In this document: in pieces, positions 37,787 through 55,998 of the stretch
Layout: each line of letters opens with the position of its first letter
Numbering within the stretch: the stretch's first letter is position 1
NCBI RefSeq assembly: GCF_006345805.1
Contig: NC_043023.1
Coordinates: 8,432,001-8,496,000, forward strand
Origin: Octopus sinensis
Taxonomy: Eukaryota
DNA length: 64,000 nucleotides
Reading direction: 5' to 3'
Made by a program: the position numbers and the translations under genes
The notes under the pieces: generated by a model
The model's database searches: none
What the model was told of the DNA's origin: nothing
What the model saw: only the letters and a program-made list of their open reading frames with translations

Positions 37787-38689
37787 GTAAGTGAAAACAC
37801 ATTTAAACCAGTACATATTTTGTTTTATATAAAAAAATTATGAAAAAACGTCTACAAGCTGAAATAAATTTCATTCAGTAAAAGTCCATGCTGTAGCTAT
37901 TTCCAAAGTCTTCTAACATTTCTATAAATATTACATTTGACCAGTGAGGGAGCGTGGATAGGTGCTTTCGGGTTTTCGACGCACCATCGTGAGGACCTGA
38001 GTTCGATACCTTAGGCCAGACACTTTTTCACGCTACTAGAATCCATACAGCTAGAAAATAATGAGTGCTACCTGTATTTTAATAGGGTCAGCTTTGTCAC
38101 ATTCTGTGTTACGCTGAATTTTCTTGACAACTACATTAATGGAAGCGATTCCGGGCGGATTGGCATCAAAAGGGTTAATCGGATCGACAAAACCCCTCAT
38201 CGCCATAACCGACGGTGAACCTTTTCTCATTTGACCATGATTAATTGTCAGATGATAACATTATGATCAGAAATACCAAGTAATAAGTGATCAATTTTTA
38301 ATTGGTGTAATCGTATTTTTGTAAGACATCTTCTGCGTCTCCTAGTGACTTTATATAAAATGTTTTGCTCCCTCCATATGTCTATGCTCGCTTCCTGATC
38401 ATTTAAAAAAAACTTTTATGATCAAAAATACCAAGTGGTCGATTCTTAATTCGTATTTTTGTAATTGTAATTTTGAATTGTGATTTTGTAAAACATCTTG
38501 CAAACCTCCTCTCGCCTTTATATAAAAAACATAGCTCACCCCACATGTCTATACTAGTTTCCTCTTCAACATTCATTCAATTTTATTCTATCTCCTCATC
38601 TAATCAGCCATTTTTAGGAAGAGGCAAATGAGTCGATATTTGATTAGTACTTTGATGTATGGATGCCCATGAGGGATGAAATATAAAGT

Positions 38690-38965
38690 TGAAACCTGTC
38701 TTCCCTCCGAAGTCGATAAGTTAAGGTAACAATCGAGTAATGAGATCGATAGTATAGACTAACATCGCTCTCTCTTTCTCTCTCAAACTTGCGCAACTTG
38801 CCACGGAATCGTTAGCGCGCCGGACAAAAGGCTTAGCTGCATTTCGTCTGTCTTTACATTCTGTGCTCCAATTCCACCTCTCAAATTTCGTGATCAATAA
38901 CATAAGTACCAGCTTAGTACTTTGGTCAATGTAATCGACTAACCTATTCACCAAAATTTCAAATC
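38690..38965 (-). mobile_element. Diverged SINE family B
   Basis: aatcgttagcgcgccggac, ataagtaccag and gtaatcgact motifs. Confidence 0.55.
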
Positions 38966-38985
38966 TTGTGCCAATAAAATAAAGA

Positions 38986-39023
<38 letters not shown>

Positions 39024-39083
39024 GATCATCGTCATCATCATCACCATTATCATCATCATCATCATTATTATTATTATTATTAT

Positions 39084-39616
39084 TGAGTGAGAGAACAGCG
39101 CATGCTGGGGTAAAATATACGAAACCCAATATACCCATCATGGCTACCCGTCTGATATATGTACACCACGCACATGCATCACATGCGACATGATGATCTC
39201 GTATCAAGATAAACAGCACATGACCTTGCAGGTGGGGCCCAGTTAGAATTTTCTTCTGGTCGAGTAACGCATCTCGCTCAAAAGTTCCCTAAATAAGGGT
39301 TGTTTTAGGATGTTGAACGAACCACCCATGATTCCAGAGGTGAATTATTCAAACCCCAAAGAATTCCTCTCAACACATGGCTCTGATGTTCCCCCTCACT
39401 ACTTCTGCTCGTGGTCAGAGATGCACATATCGTCAACCACCAAGATAACTGGTCAACTGGTTAAGGTCAAACAACTGACAAGCAAATCTGTGGTATTGAG
39501 CAGAATATTTGCTGAAGCCCATCTTTTATACCAAGACATAACAATGTACATGATAACACTTCCAATCAGTTAAGATCAGAAGCCATGAGATCCGCTGCCT
39601 GGTACTGCATTAGGGC
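39084..39616 (-). mobile_element. About 530-bp non-coding element flanked on both sides by (TAA)n
   Basis: No tRNA head recognised; second copy at 13061-13321; 3' end ctctcactc then aataataa. Confidence 0.7.
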
Positions 39617-43000
<3,384 letters not shown>

Positions 43001-43263
43001 GTATTAGTAGTAGTAGTAGTAGTACATAATGGTAATGTGGTGAATTGGTAAAAACATGAAACGAAATACACTTTTATATTGAATGACGTTTTTCTGAATT
43101 TTCTGTTGATTTTTCAGTAAGATCTGTTTTAATATTTATCCCCCTGGGTCACTAATATAAAATATCAATCAAGGCCTGGCATCTATACGCCACCTCTGCA
43201 AAATAATACATATTCAATGCTTTGTGTGTGTGTTACGTATCATTAACTTTGTTGTTTTTGTAG

Positions 43264-43408
43264 GCAGTGGCTGCTCTGTTACACTACTTCCTTCTGACAT
43301 CTTTCATCTGGATGGCTGTAGAAGCACTTCATATTTTCCTGGGCGTCGTTGTTGTATTCAACACATATCAGCCATCTTTTATTAAGAAGTGTTCAATTTT
43401 GGTCTGGG
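43264..43408 (+). CDS. aGPCR exon: TM3 to TM4 start
   Basis: ttgtag|...g|gtatgt. AVAALLHYFLLTSFIWMAVEALH; phase 0 to 1. Confidence 0.95.
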
Positions 43409-44091
43409 GTATGTATGACGGCTTTCTGTCTTTCTGTCTCTAATTCCATCTCTCTCTATCTCACACATTGTTTTCCTTCATTTCTTTTCTCTTTCATTCT
43501 TTCATTCTCTCTTTATTTATCTCCCTCTCTCTCTATCTATTTTCCCACACACTCTGTGTTAAAGTTTTGTATTGATAATAGTTAATTGGAAAAGGTTCAC
43601 TTATTGATTTCATTGACCCGAAAATGGTGAAAGAATAAACTGACTTCCATGGGATTCGAACCCTGAGTACTGAACCAAACACTTTAAATCATGTCTTTTG
43701 GAATTATGTAAGTGGGTGCTACCCAGTAAGGGGCTCAGTTTATTTTTCTCCGTTATGCTCTTCTAATGTTACAGAAAGTATTGACAATTATTGCTGTAAA
43801 GCATTTAGGACCGTGCTTTATAGTCTCAATCCTCTACATCGTAATCAATCTTGCAATATCTAAAAACACTTGTGAGACACGAAATTAAATTTCTGTTACT
43901 TAAAAGCAACCACAATCTAGGTTACCGCTTAGTCTCACAGTAAAATCCAGATTTATAAACCCAGAAGCATTAAATCCTTAGTGAAAATATCACTCCTATA
44001 GCACACTCGGTCAGCAGTGAACAGGCAGACCTATAATTGAGGACATTCTATTTATGACCATCCTGTCAATACAGCAAACACTACAGTGTCC

Positions 44092-44350
44092 AAACTGAAA
44101 AGAAGCCCGTCGTACATATGTATATATATATATGTATGCGTGTGTGTGTTTGTGTGTCTGTGTTTGTCCTTCTAGCATTGCTTGACAACCGATGCTGGTG
44201 TGTTTATGTCCCCGTTACTTAGCGGTTCGGCAAAAGAGACTGATAGAATAAGTACTGGGCTTACAAAAGAATAAGTCCCGGGGTCGAGTTGCTCGACTAA
44301 AGGCGGTGCTCCAGCATGGCCGCAGTCAAATGACTGAAACAAGTAAAAGA
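44092..44350 (+). mobile_element. SINE family A, 3' half
   Basis: aaactgaaaagaagcccgtcg to gactgaaacaagtaaaag. Confidence 0.85.
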
Positions 44351-45616
44351 GAGAGTATGGGCTGAGACGTTTCGTGGATTCACATCTGACGATGAATATT
44401 CTTAGAAACCGATTCCTATTTATAAGTTAGGTGAAATAAAGAGATAATAAAGTAGACTTAAAGACACCAACAAATAATCATATTTCTTATTCACTCGACC
44501 TTCTCACTTCTATAATTTGATGGAAGTTGGAGATGCTATATATTGGTTTAACTAAATAAGAATTTAGTTAAGGCTGAAGTTAGTTGACCAAATATCATAT
44601 TAAGACGGAACCACCATAAGATATGTTGTTGTGGTGGTGGTCACTGTTTGACTTTAGATCAGTTCTACAGATTTATGAACAGAAACATTCTTGACTTGAG
44701 AAGCTCCTCTTTCCAGAGATGGTTGTATTATACAATCTTGCCTTCTTTTTTAAAGAGAGTAAGGTATTATTCCCTCGTGACAATATTTGCTCCTCTTTTA
44801 TGACTGTAGAAAATTTGAACATAAACCATATCTTAGAGAGAGCCACAAAAAACAATTCATGTCTTAATATAATCAACTTGGAACAGGAAATATGCTAAAT
44901 AACTTAATTGATAAGTGGTCGAATTAGATATTAATTTTGACTTAGTCAAGATGATAGCTCAACCAACAATAAATGCAGATGATCAATTTGATTATATCAG
45001 AAAGCTAGCAGGATAAACAGTGGTGACCTTCGCTTGAACAGATTGGTAAATTGATAAGATGAGAAAGTAGTTGAAGCGAGATGTAAATATCTATACATGT
45101 GTAAGAAGATTATCCTTAAATCCTTAAATCCTTAAAAGTGTTTCAGTCCGATGGCCGCGGCCATGCTGGGGCACCAGGGTAAGCTATTAGAGCAGCCTAA
45201 AATTACATTTTCCTTCAGACAGTTTCACTTCGATCTCATCTCTAAGACTTACTCATTTTGCACTTTCACCTGATGCACCAAGTAATGTGTGAAGAGGTTT
45301 GTGAGAGTGAACTTTTGTTGTCTTCTGTGTAATTTGATCTTTACACCATTGTCCAGAACGTCCAGTATTTTTTCACTTTTTGTTTCCCACTAAAACACAT
45401 ATTTGATATAATCGAAGTTCTATGTTAGCCGTACATATTCTTGAGACCAAAGGATCAAATGTCTAGGTGTGGCCTGTTTGAGATACGAAATATATTATTA
45501 ATTTCTTTTGGGAAAAACATAATCAACTATATCAATTCAAATTTCATATGTTTATTATTATAAATTTTCATTAACATCTACATATGCTTATTCCTTTCTG
45601 TAAATATCGTTGTCAG

Positions 45617-45689
45617 GTATTCCAGTTGTCATTGTCATAATTACTCTGGCAATTAACAACACAAACAATTACATCAAAAGTGAACAAGC
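45617..45689 (+). CDS. aGPCR exon: TM4 / ECL2
   Basis: tgtcag|...gc|gtaagt. GIPVVIVIITLAINNTNNY; phase 1 to 2. Confidence 0.92.
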
Positions 45690-46383
45690 GTAAGTATTTA
45701 TGTGTTTTATTGCCCTAATTTTCTCCGGTTTTCACAACTAATATTACTCGATTTATTTATGCGTTGAATAATGAAGAAGCTACCATCAAGATGAAGCCAA
45801 GGATCTGATCCCTGGTAGCTACACACTGATACTGTTTTTGCTTTCTTTCTTTGTGGATGTCTGTCTTCTCATCTGCTCCGCCTTTCAATTCACTAAGACT
45901 AAATATCTATTAGGACATAGCTTCAAAAATATGGATGAAAGTAATATACAAAAATAAAACAAAAAAATGTACATCAAGGCAGATGTGTGCAACTTCCCGA
46001 CGGCACTTCGGGCGATTGTTCAGTAAAATCGAAATCGGCAGTGAATTTTAGTTCCTATTTTGTTGGGCTACTGCGGCCTTCGGCGGCTGATGCAGAATGC
46101 TGCGAAAAGCTGATAACGGCAGTCGAGATATCTGAAACATTGAGCGACTGTAAGACGCGTAAATCGTCTTTTGGGGCTTGTCTACCAAACAAGTTTTATA
46201 TATATATGCCAGACGTATTCGCAGATGTCTACTCCAACGGAAAACAAAATGGGATAATTCCCAGTTTTTTTAGTAATTCCGATGAAGGAAAGCGCAAACA
46301 GGGGCGGAGACGTAACTTAAAATTCCCAGACCATACCTCTACTCCACACAGAGATTAATGATTGATTTTCTATTTCTTTGTAG

Positions 46384-46774
46384 CTGTTGGTTATCCAGCA
46401 CTGCTTTCTATGCTGCCCTCCTGGCTCCCGTGGCGCTCATCCTCCTCTTCAACATTACTATGTTTTCTCTCGTTATGAGGAGTCTTAACTCAATGCAAAA
46501 TGACAAAAAATTTGAACACAAACCAAAAAAAGTACGTGTTTTTGGCATCGTTGGATTGTGTTTCCTGCTTGGATTTCCCTGGCTCTTACCATTCTTTGGT
46601 TTTGGTGAAGCTGCTGAAGTGTTTCACCTTCTTTTTACTATCTTCACTCCCCTTCAAGGAATGTTTATCTTCCTATGCTACTGTATATACAAAAAAGATA
46701 CCAGAGACGTCATTTGCCTGTTCGTATGTAAACGAAAAACATGGGAGCTGTGGGAAGATCCGAAGAATATAAAA
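46384..46774 (+). CDS. aGPCR exon: ECL2 CWL, TM5 to TM7, helix 8
   Basis: ttgtag|...aaa|gtaagt. CWLSSTAFYAALLAPVALILLFN...LLGFPW...LQGMFIFLCYC; phase 2 to 0. Confidence 0.95.
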
Positions 46775-46973
46775 GTAAGTGTAATTTGGTCTCTTTAATT
46801 GCTAGAGTCACAAAAACCAATATTGTCATGATGTTACAATCAATATCATCACTTTTAGGATAGACTTCGTCATAAATATCAACACCACTGTCATCATCAT
46901 CATCAACATCATCATCATCATCAACATCATCATCATCATCATTATATACAAGTATATATCCTTACTACGTCTT

Positions 46974-47062
<89 letters not shown>

Positions 47063-47076
47063 GTGTGTGTGCGTGC

Positions 47077-47300
47077 GTCATCTACCCGTACTCATGTAAA
47101 CGAAACAAAGTAGATCGGAAGCAAGCTATGAAGGATATAAAAAGTAAGTGTGATTTTGCGTCTCTTATTCCTTCCCCCAACAAAACCAATTCTGTCATGA
47201 GGGAAATTATCATAATCTTCATTTCTCAAAACTCCATCACTACCAACGTTACAACTCTTCATCATAAACATCAATTTCGCTATCATCCTCATCATTCTCA
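47077..47300 (+). pseudogene. Diverged tandem duplicate of the TM7-exon 3' end, donor site and intron start
   Basis: [22 protein letters not shown] a|gtaagtgt versus VICLFVCKRKTWELWEDPKNIK |gtaagtgt at 46709-46782; offset 368 bp. Confidence 0.7.
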
Positions 47301-47303
47301 ACA

Positions 47304-47455
<152 letters not shown>

Positions 47456-47765
47456 CATACATACATACATACGTACATACATACATACACACACACAGAT
47501 ATATATATATATATGTAATAATATTGGGGAGTAAATCCAAACTTACCGCGAAAAATTAGATTTAGTATTAAATCTAATTTTACAGAGATAAAACTACTAT
47601 TAGGCAAATCAAACAGTGAAAAACATAAACCAAAACATAGAAATAAAATTAATTAATATAATATACAAAATATATAAAATATAAAATTCAAATTTAAATT
47701 ATTTAAATTTAAAGCTAAAAATAAAAAAAATTTTTTAAATTATTAATTTATACTTATAAATTTAT

Positions 47766-47863
<98 letters not shown>

Positions 47864-48301
47864 AAATATTTTTTATTATTTTTTATTTTTATTTTTATTT
47901 TTTATTTATTTAATTATATATTTATTTACATTTTTTTAAATTTATTTATTTTTATTTTTATTTATTTTTTAATAAAATATATTATATTAAATATATATAA
48001 CTATCAAAAAGTATCAAAAAGTTTAATATAAGGTAAAAAACAAGTTATTTCGTGTGTGTGTTTGGTGTATGTATGTATGTGAGTGTGCTCACGTGTGTGT
48101 GCCTGTGTGTGTGCGAGTGTGTGTGTGTATGTGCGTAGTAAACATTAAAGAACGGATATCCTAAAACATCACTATACGTGTTTCAATAGCATGGTTATTT
48201 CTCTCTAATATAATGTGTATTATATGTTATATTATGTAAACTCACATATAGGCGTGAGTGGATTTGGTAGACGGAAACTGAAAGAAGCCCGTCGTATATA
48301 T

Positions 48302-48357
<56 letters not shown>

Positions 48358-48590
48358 AATTGAGGATAAAATCTTTAAAAGAAATTATCAGTAGTTAGCG
48401 TAAAAAACCTCGTAAGAGAAGAAATCCGTAAATTTTTCCACTTTGAAAATATTTATTTATATTATATTGAGGGTACTACTATTCGTAGATACCATACGCT
48501 AAGAGGGACCAATGCGGTCAAAACTACTAAAATAAACAAAATTTTACCGAAGGCAAAACTTCAAAGCAAATCATTTAAAAAAAGAATTTA

Positions 48591-48654
48591 GTTACATATC
48601 ACCTGTGATTTCGCAATTAATGCAGAATATGCATTCCATGTTCATCAGTGCAAC
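48591..48654 (-). ncRNA. Predicted type I hammerhead ribozyme
   Basis: Reverse complement of the 48884-48947 motif. Confidence 0.62.
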
Positions 48655-48883
48655 CAACTCAAGATATATAAGAAAAAACATAACGTTACAAGCTCGATAG
48701 CCACCAACATAGTTCAATACTGAATTTTTATTCCGAGTAAGCAATTTGGGACCGAAATGCATTGCGAATAAGCCCGCCATTTTCATAGATATGTAAAGAT
48801 AAACATTCGTACATGCTACGACGAATTCTGCGGTTGGCTATCGAGCTTGTAACGTTATGTTTTTTCTTATATGTCTTGAGTTT

Positions 48884-48947
48884 GTTGCACTGATGAACAT
48901 GGAATGCATATCCTGCATTAATTGCGAAATCACAGGTGATATGTAAC
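48884..48947 (+). ncRNA. Predicted type I hammerhead ribozyme
   Basis: gttgca-CTGATGA-(aatgca/tgcatt hairpin)-GAAA-tcac ag gtga-TA-tgtaac; stems I and III pair, AUA site. Confidence 0.65.
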
Positions 48948-49098
48948 TAAATTCCTTTTTTAAATGATTTGCTTTGAAGTGTTGCATTCGGTAAAATTTT
49001 GTTTATTTTAGTAGTTTTGACCGCATTGGTCCCTCTTAGCGTATGGTATCTACGAATAGTAGTACCCTCAATATAATATATATATATATATATATATA

Positions 49099-49458
49099 GG
49101 CGCAGGAGTGGCTGTGTGGTAAGTAGCTTGCATACCAACCACATGGTTCCGGGTTCAATCCCACTCCGTGGCACCTTAGGCAAGTGTCTTCTACTATAGC
49201 CTCGAGCCGACCAAAGCCTTGTGAGTGGATTTGGTAGACGGAAATATATGTGTGTGTGTGCGTGTATGTAGGTGTGTCTGTGTTTATCCCCCTAGCATTG
49301 CTTGACAACCGATGCTGGTGTGTCACTTAGCGGTTCGGCAAAAGGACCTATAGAATAAGTACTGGGCTTACAAAAGAATAAGTCTCGGGGTCGAGTTGCT
49401 CGATTAAAGGCGGTGCTCCAGCATGGCCGCAGTCAAATGACTAAAACAAGTAAAAGGA
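49099..49458 (+). mobile_element. SINE family A
   Basis: Full head and tail, small internal deletions. Confidence 0.88.
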
Positions 49459-49915
49459 AAAGGAAGGATATCCACATTGTCGTGAATTCGATCCTTTATC
49501 TCGGATGATATCCAGCCATCGGGTAAAATAGAATCAATGTACGAAAAGAGAGATATTTATAAACAAACAATGAAATAGGAATCTTCGAAATGGAATGGGG
49601 AGGTTAATGCCGGTGACGAATCAAACTGCATGATTTGAAAGGCAAATAAATATATTTTATGATCGGTTAACGTCTTGTAGTAAACAGTACAGCTTCCAAA
49701 GGGACTGGCACCAAGGCGCCCACCAGAACACGTCTGCTCTTAAGATAACTGATCAGAAATACAATTCGTAGCTTTTAGTGGTATATGTGAAATATATCGT
49801 ACATATCCATATATATACACACACACATATGCCAAATAGATATTCATTTAGCAATGTAGAAAATTAAACCACAAACAGAATGCATAAATATACATAAAGC
49901 TATAGACCCACGTAC

Positions 49916-50490
49916 GGAGGCGCAATGGCTCAGTGGTTAGGATCTGAAGATCGCGGTTTCGATTCCCAGACCGGGTGTTGTGAGTGTTAATTGAACGAAA
50001 ACACCTAAAAGCTCCATGAGGACCCGGCAGGGGATGGTGGTGACCCCTATTGTACTCTTTCGCCACAACTTTCTCTCACTCTTATTGAACGAAAACACCT
50101 AAAAGCTCCATGAGGACCCGGCAGGGGATGGTGGTGACCCCTGTTGTACTCTTTCGCCACAACTTTCTCTCACTCTTATTGAACGAAAACACCTAAAAGC
50201 TCCATGAGGACCCGGCAGGGGATGGTGGTGACCCCTTTTGTACTCTTTCGCCACAACTTTCTCTCATTCTTATTGAACGAAAACACCTAAAAGCTCCATG
50301 AGGACCCGGCAGGGGATGGTGGTGACCCCTGTTGTACTCTTTCGCCCCAACTTTCTCTCGCTCTTTCTTCCTGTTTCTTGAGTAACGCTGCGATGGACTG
50401 GCGTCCCGCCCAGAAGGTGGAACACATACGCCACAGAAACTGGAAAACCGGGCCCATGAGCCTGGCTAGGCTTAAAAGGGCGACGTACGT
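49916..50490 (+). mobile_element. SINE family C (tail type 3) with an internal 4 x 94-bp tandem array
   Basis: Units start at 49991, 50085, 50179 and 50273; 15-bp TSD tatagacccacgtac at 49901-49915 and 50491-50505. Confidence 0.88.
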
Positions 50491-50840
50491 TATAGACCCA
50501 CGTACAATATATACACAACCGTGCAAACCTTTGACTGAAATGGAACTAAACAGTTCATCATTTTATATAAAGTTGTCCAGTTGCTCTGGAAAATATTCTT
50601 GAATCGCATTTGTTAATATCTTACAATATATCCCCGATAATCAATCACTTACAGCTAGTTTGTGTAACAATGGTTTTGTATATAAATTGCGTTGCTTATA
50701 CTTCCTTCTTATGCAGTAATATTTTTCATGTGTGGAAAACCAGTTGATGACAATTGTTGCTATTTTTAAATTTTAAGTGCCAAGAATTATTTGTGTTTAA
50801 AAATCAATATTTTATATAATTGTTCTCATTATGTTTCTAG

Positions 50841-50897
50841 GTCCAAGCACCAGTAATGAAAAAGGAGATAAAACAGCAGAAACGGACTTATAAATGA
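50841..50897 (+). CDS. Probable terminal aGPCR exon
   Basis: tttctag| acceptor. Phase 0 reads VQAPVMKKEIKQQKRTYK* (stop ends 50897); phase 1 reads xPSTSNEKGDKTAETDL* (stop ends 50893). Confidence 0.65.
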   Translation, partial: VQAPVMKKEIKQQKRTYK

Positions 50898-51954
50898 AAA
50901 TCAAGAAAATATCTTCAAGATTATATTTTGCGTCAAAAATCTAAATGTTCTTATTAAGCATTTCTCCATTTAACTTAGCTTTATTTTTACCTCTCAATAC
51001 AACACTATGTAATTAAGAGACTGTATAATCCGCAATAATATAATTTTCAACAGGCTTACTTGTATGACTATGCAGATCTTGCTTGATTTCAAAGGCAATA
51101 ACTATACTCTAGCGGCCAATTTCATATTTACTATTTTACATTCTCAATATAATCTATAATATACAATATAATATATAATATATAATATAATATACAATAT
51201 ATATAATATAATCTATAATATACAAAGAGTCTCCTTTGTTCATAATTTTCTTCAAAAAACTAAATTTACTTCTTATATTACATTAAACAATTTTCAATAT
51301 TTATACCTTTAACCTTTATTGATAATACAATACCGTTCAGCTAAAATACTGTATAATCCGTAATAATGTAATTTTAAACAAATCTAAGTGCATAACTCTT
51401 GGCTGAAACGCAGAAAATCTGAAAAACATACTGCATTTCAACGGCAGTAAATATATTCTAGCTACCAATTACATATTTACGTTTTTACTTTATCGGATAT
51501 TCTATAATGTGTGTCTGTCGGTTTACGATTCACCTTTGATCATATTTTGCTTCAAAGCACTAAATTTTCTTCTAATATTACATCAAACATTCTTTTATCT
51601 AACGTAGCTTTATTTTTGCCTATTAATACAACGCTATGCAACTATGAGATTATAATCTGCAATGATGTAATTTTAAACGAGGCTACGTACCTGACTTTTG
51701 AAAATCTTCCCGCAATTTAAAATCTTTCCATATTTTCTAGTTGTAACTTTCACTATTGCCTCCCTTTTCAATGTAATATTTAAATTTTTCTGAATAAAGT
51801 GGTTTCTTACTACAACTTTTCGGAAATTCAGCTTTATCTATAACTATAAAACTAATAAATTTAGATATAATATGAATCTGTCTTACAATGTTTATTTCTC
51901 CTGAATAGCCAAGTTATTTTTGTACATTTTTCCTATCATTATCTTTTATCGTTG

Positions 51955-52160
51955 ACTGGATTCAGTCATCAGACTGTGGCCATGTGTGGGCATGCATGAA
52001 AGACATTTCAACGAACGAATCGACCGCATAACAACTTTCATTAAGACTGGCACTTCTAACAGTTTATGTTTGCCAAACCTCAAATTTATGGGGCCATAAA
52101 CACACCAACACCAATTCTCAAGCTCTATCCAGGGCAGAAACACATAAGCACGCGCACGCG

Positions 52161-52196
<36 letters not shown>

Positions 52197-52345
52197 TAGT
52201 TTGTTTCGGCTTCCATCTACCAAATCTGCTCCGAAGGCTTTGGTCGGCCGGGGGCTATAGAAGAGAGTTGTCCCAAAAACTGCCGTGGGACTGAACTCGA
52301 CACCGTGTGGCTGGGAAGCAAACTTCTTACCACACGACCACACCC
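51955..52345 (-). mobile_element. Old diverged SINE family A
   Basis: aaggctttggtcggccggggg, gggactgaactc, cttcttaccacac. Confidence 0.6.
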
Positions 52346-52533
52346 TGGCTTCTAAACGAAATATTAATTAATGCTGCATTATCAAACTTCACTAATTTAG
52401 ATATACTACGCTAATTAGACCATCTATGAAGACGTAAAGAGCCAAATACATAGAGATACAAAAAAGGGGAAAAAAGAGAGAGAACAGATAAAATATTAGA
52501 TAATCTGATCGGTAATCAGATATACAGAGAGAC

Positions 52534-55844
<3,311 letters not shown>

Positions 55845-55953
55845 TATATATTAATAAAAGGAATTCCAACCTTGTCTGATTATCACGTTTTATTTACAAT
55901 CTTATAATGATATAATAAAATAAAATAATAGAATGTTAAATGTTCATTCTGAT

Positions 55954-55998
55954 TGAACTAGTACTTTCATGCATTAAATTCTGCAATCTTCAGGTTCA
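55954..55998 (-). ncRNA. Predicted minimal type I hammerhead ribozyme in PLE pLTR
   Basis: tgaac-CTGAAGA-ttgca..tgcat-GAAA-gtac-TA-gttca; palindromic stem III AGTACT. Confidence 0.72.

Larger units (their letters stand above)
48466..49072. mobile_element. Inverted-repeat element, about 240-bp arms, PLE pLTR-like
   Basis: 48466-48705 is complementary to 48832-49072; TA-rich flanks; one hammerhead motif per arm. Confidence 0.82.

Noticed and set aside
38263-38565. Diverged tandem duplication of about 155 bp
   Set aside because: Real but ordinary intronic duplication with no coding or structural signal.
44380-44415. CTGACGA...GAAACCGAT hammerhead-like core
   Set aside because: Stems I and III are broken.
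49991-50366. CRISPR-like regular repeats
   Set aside because: Contiguous 94-bp units with no unique spacers, inside a eukaryotic SINE.
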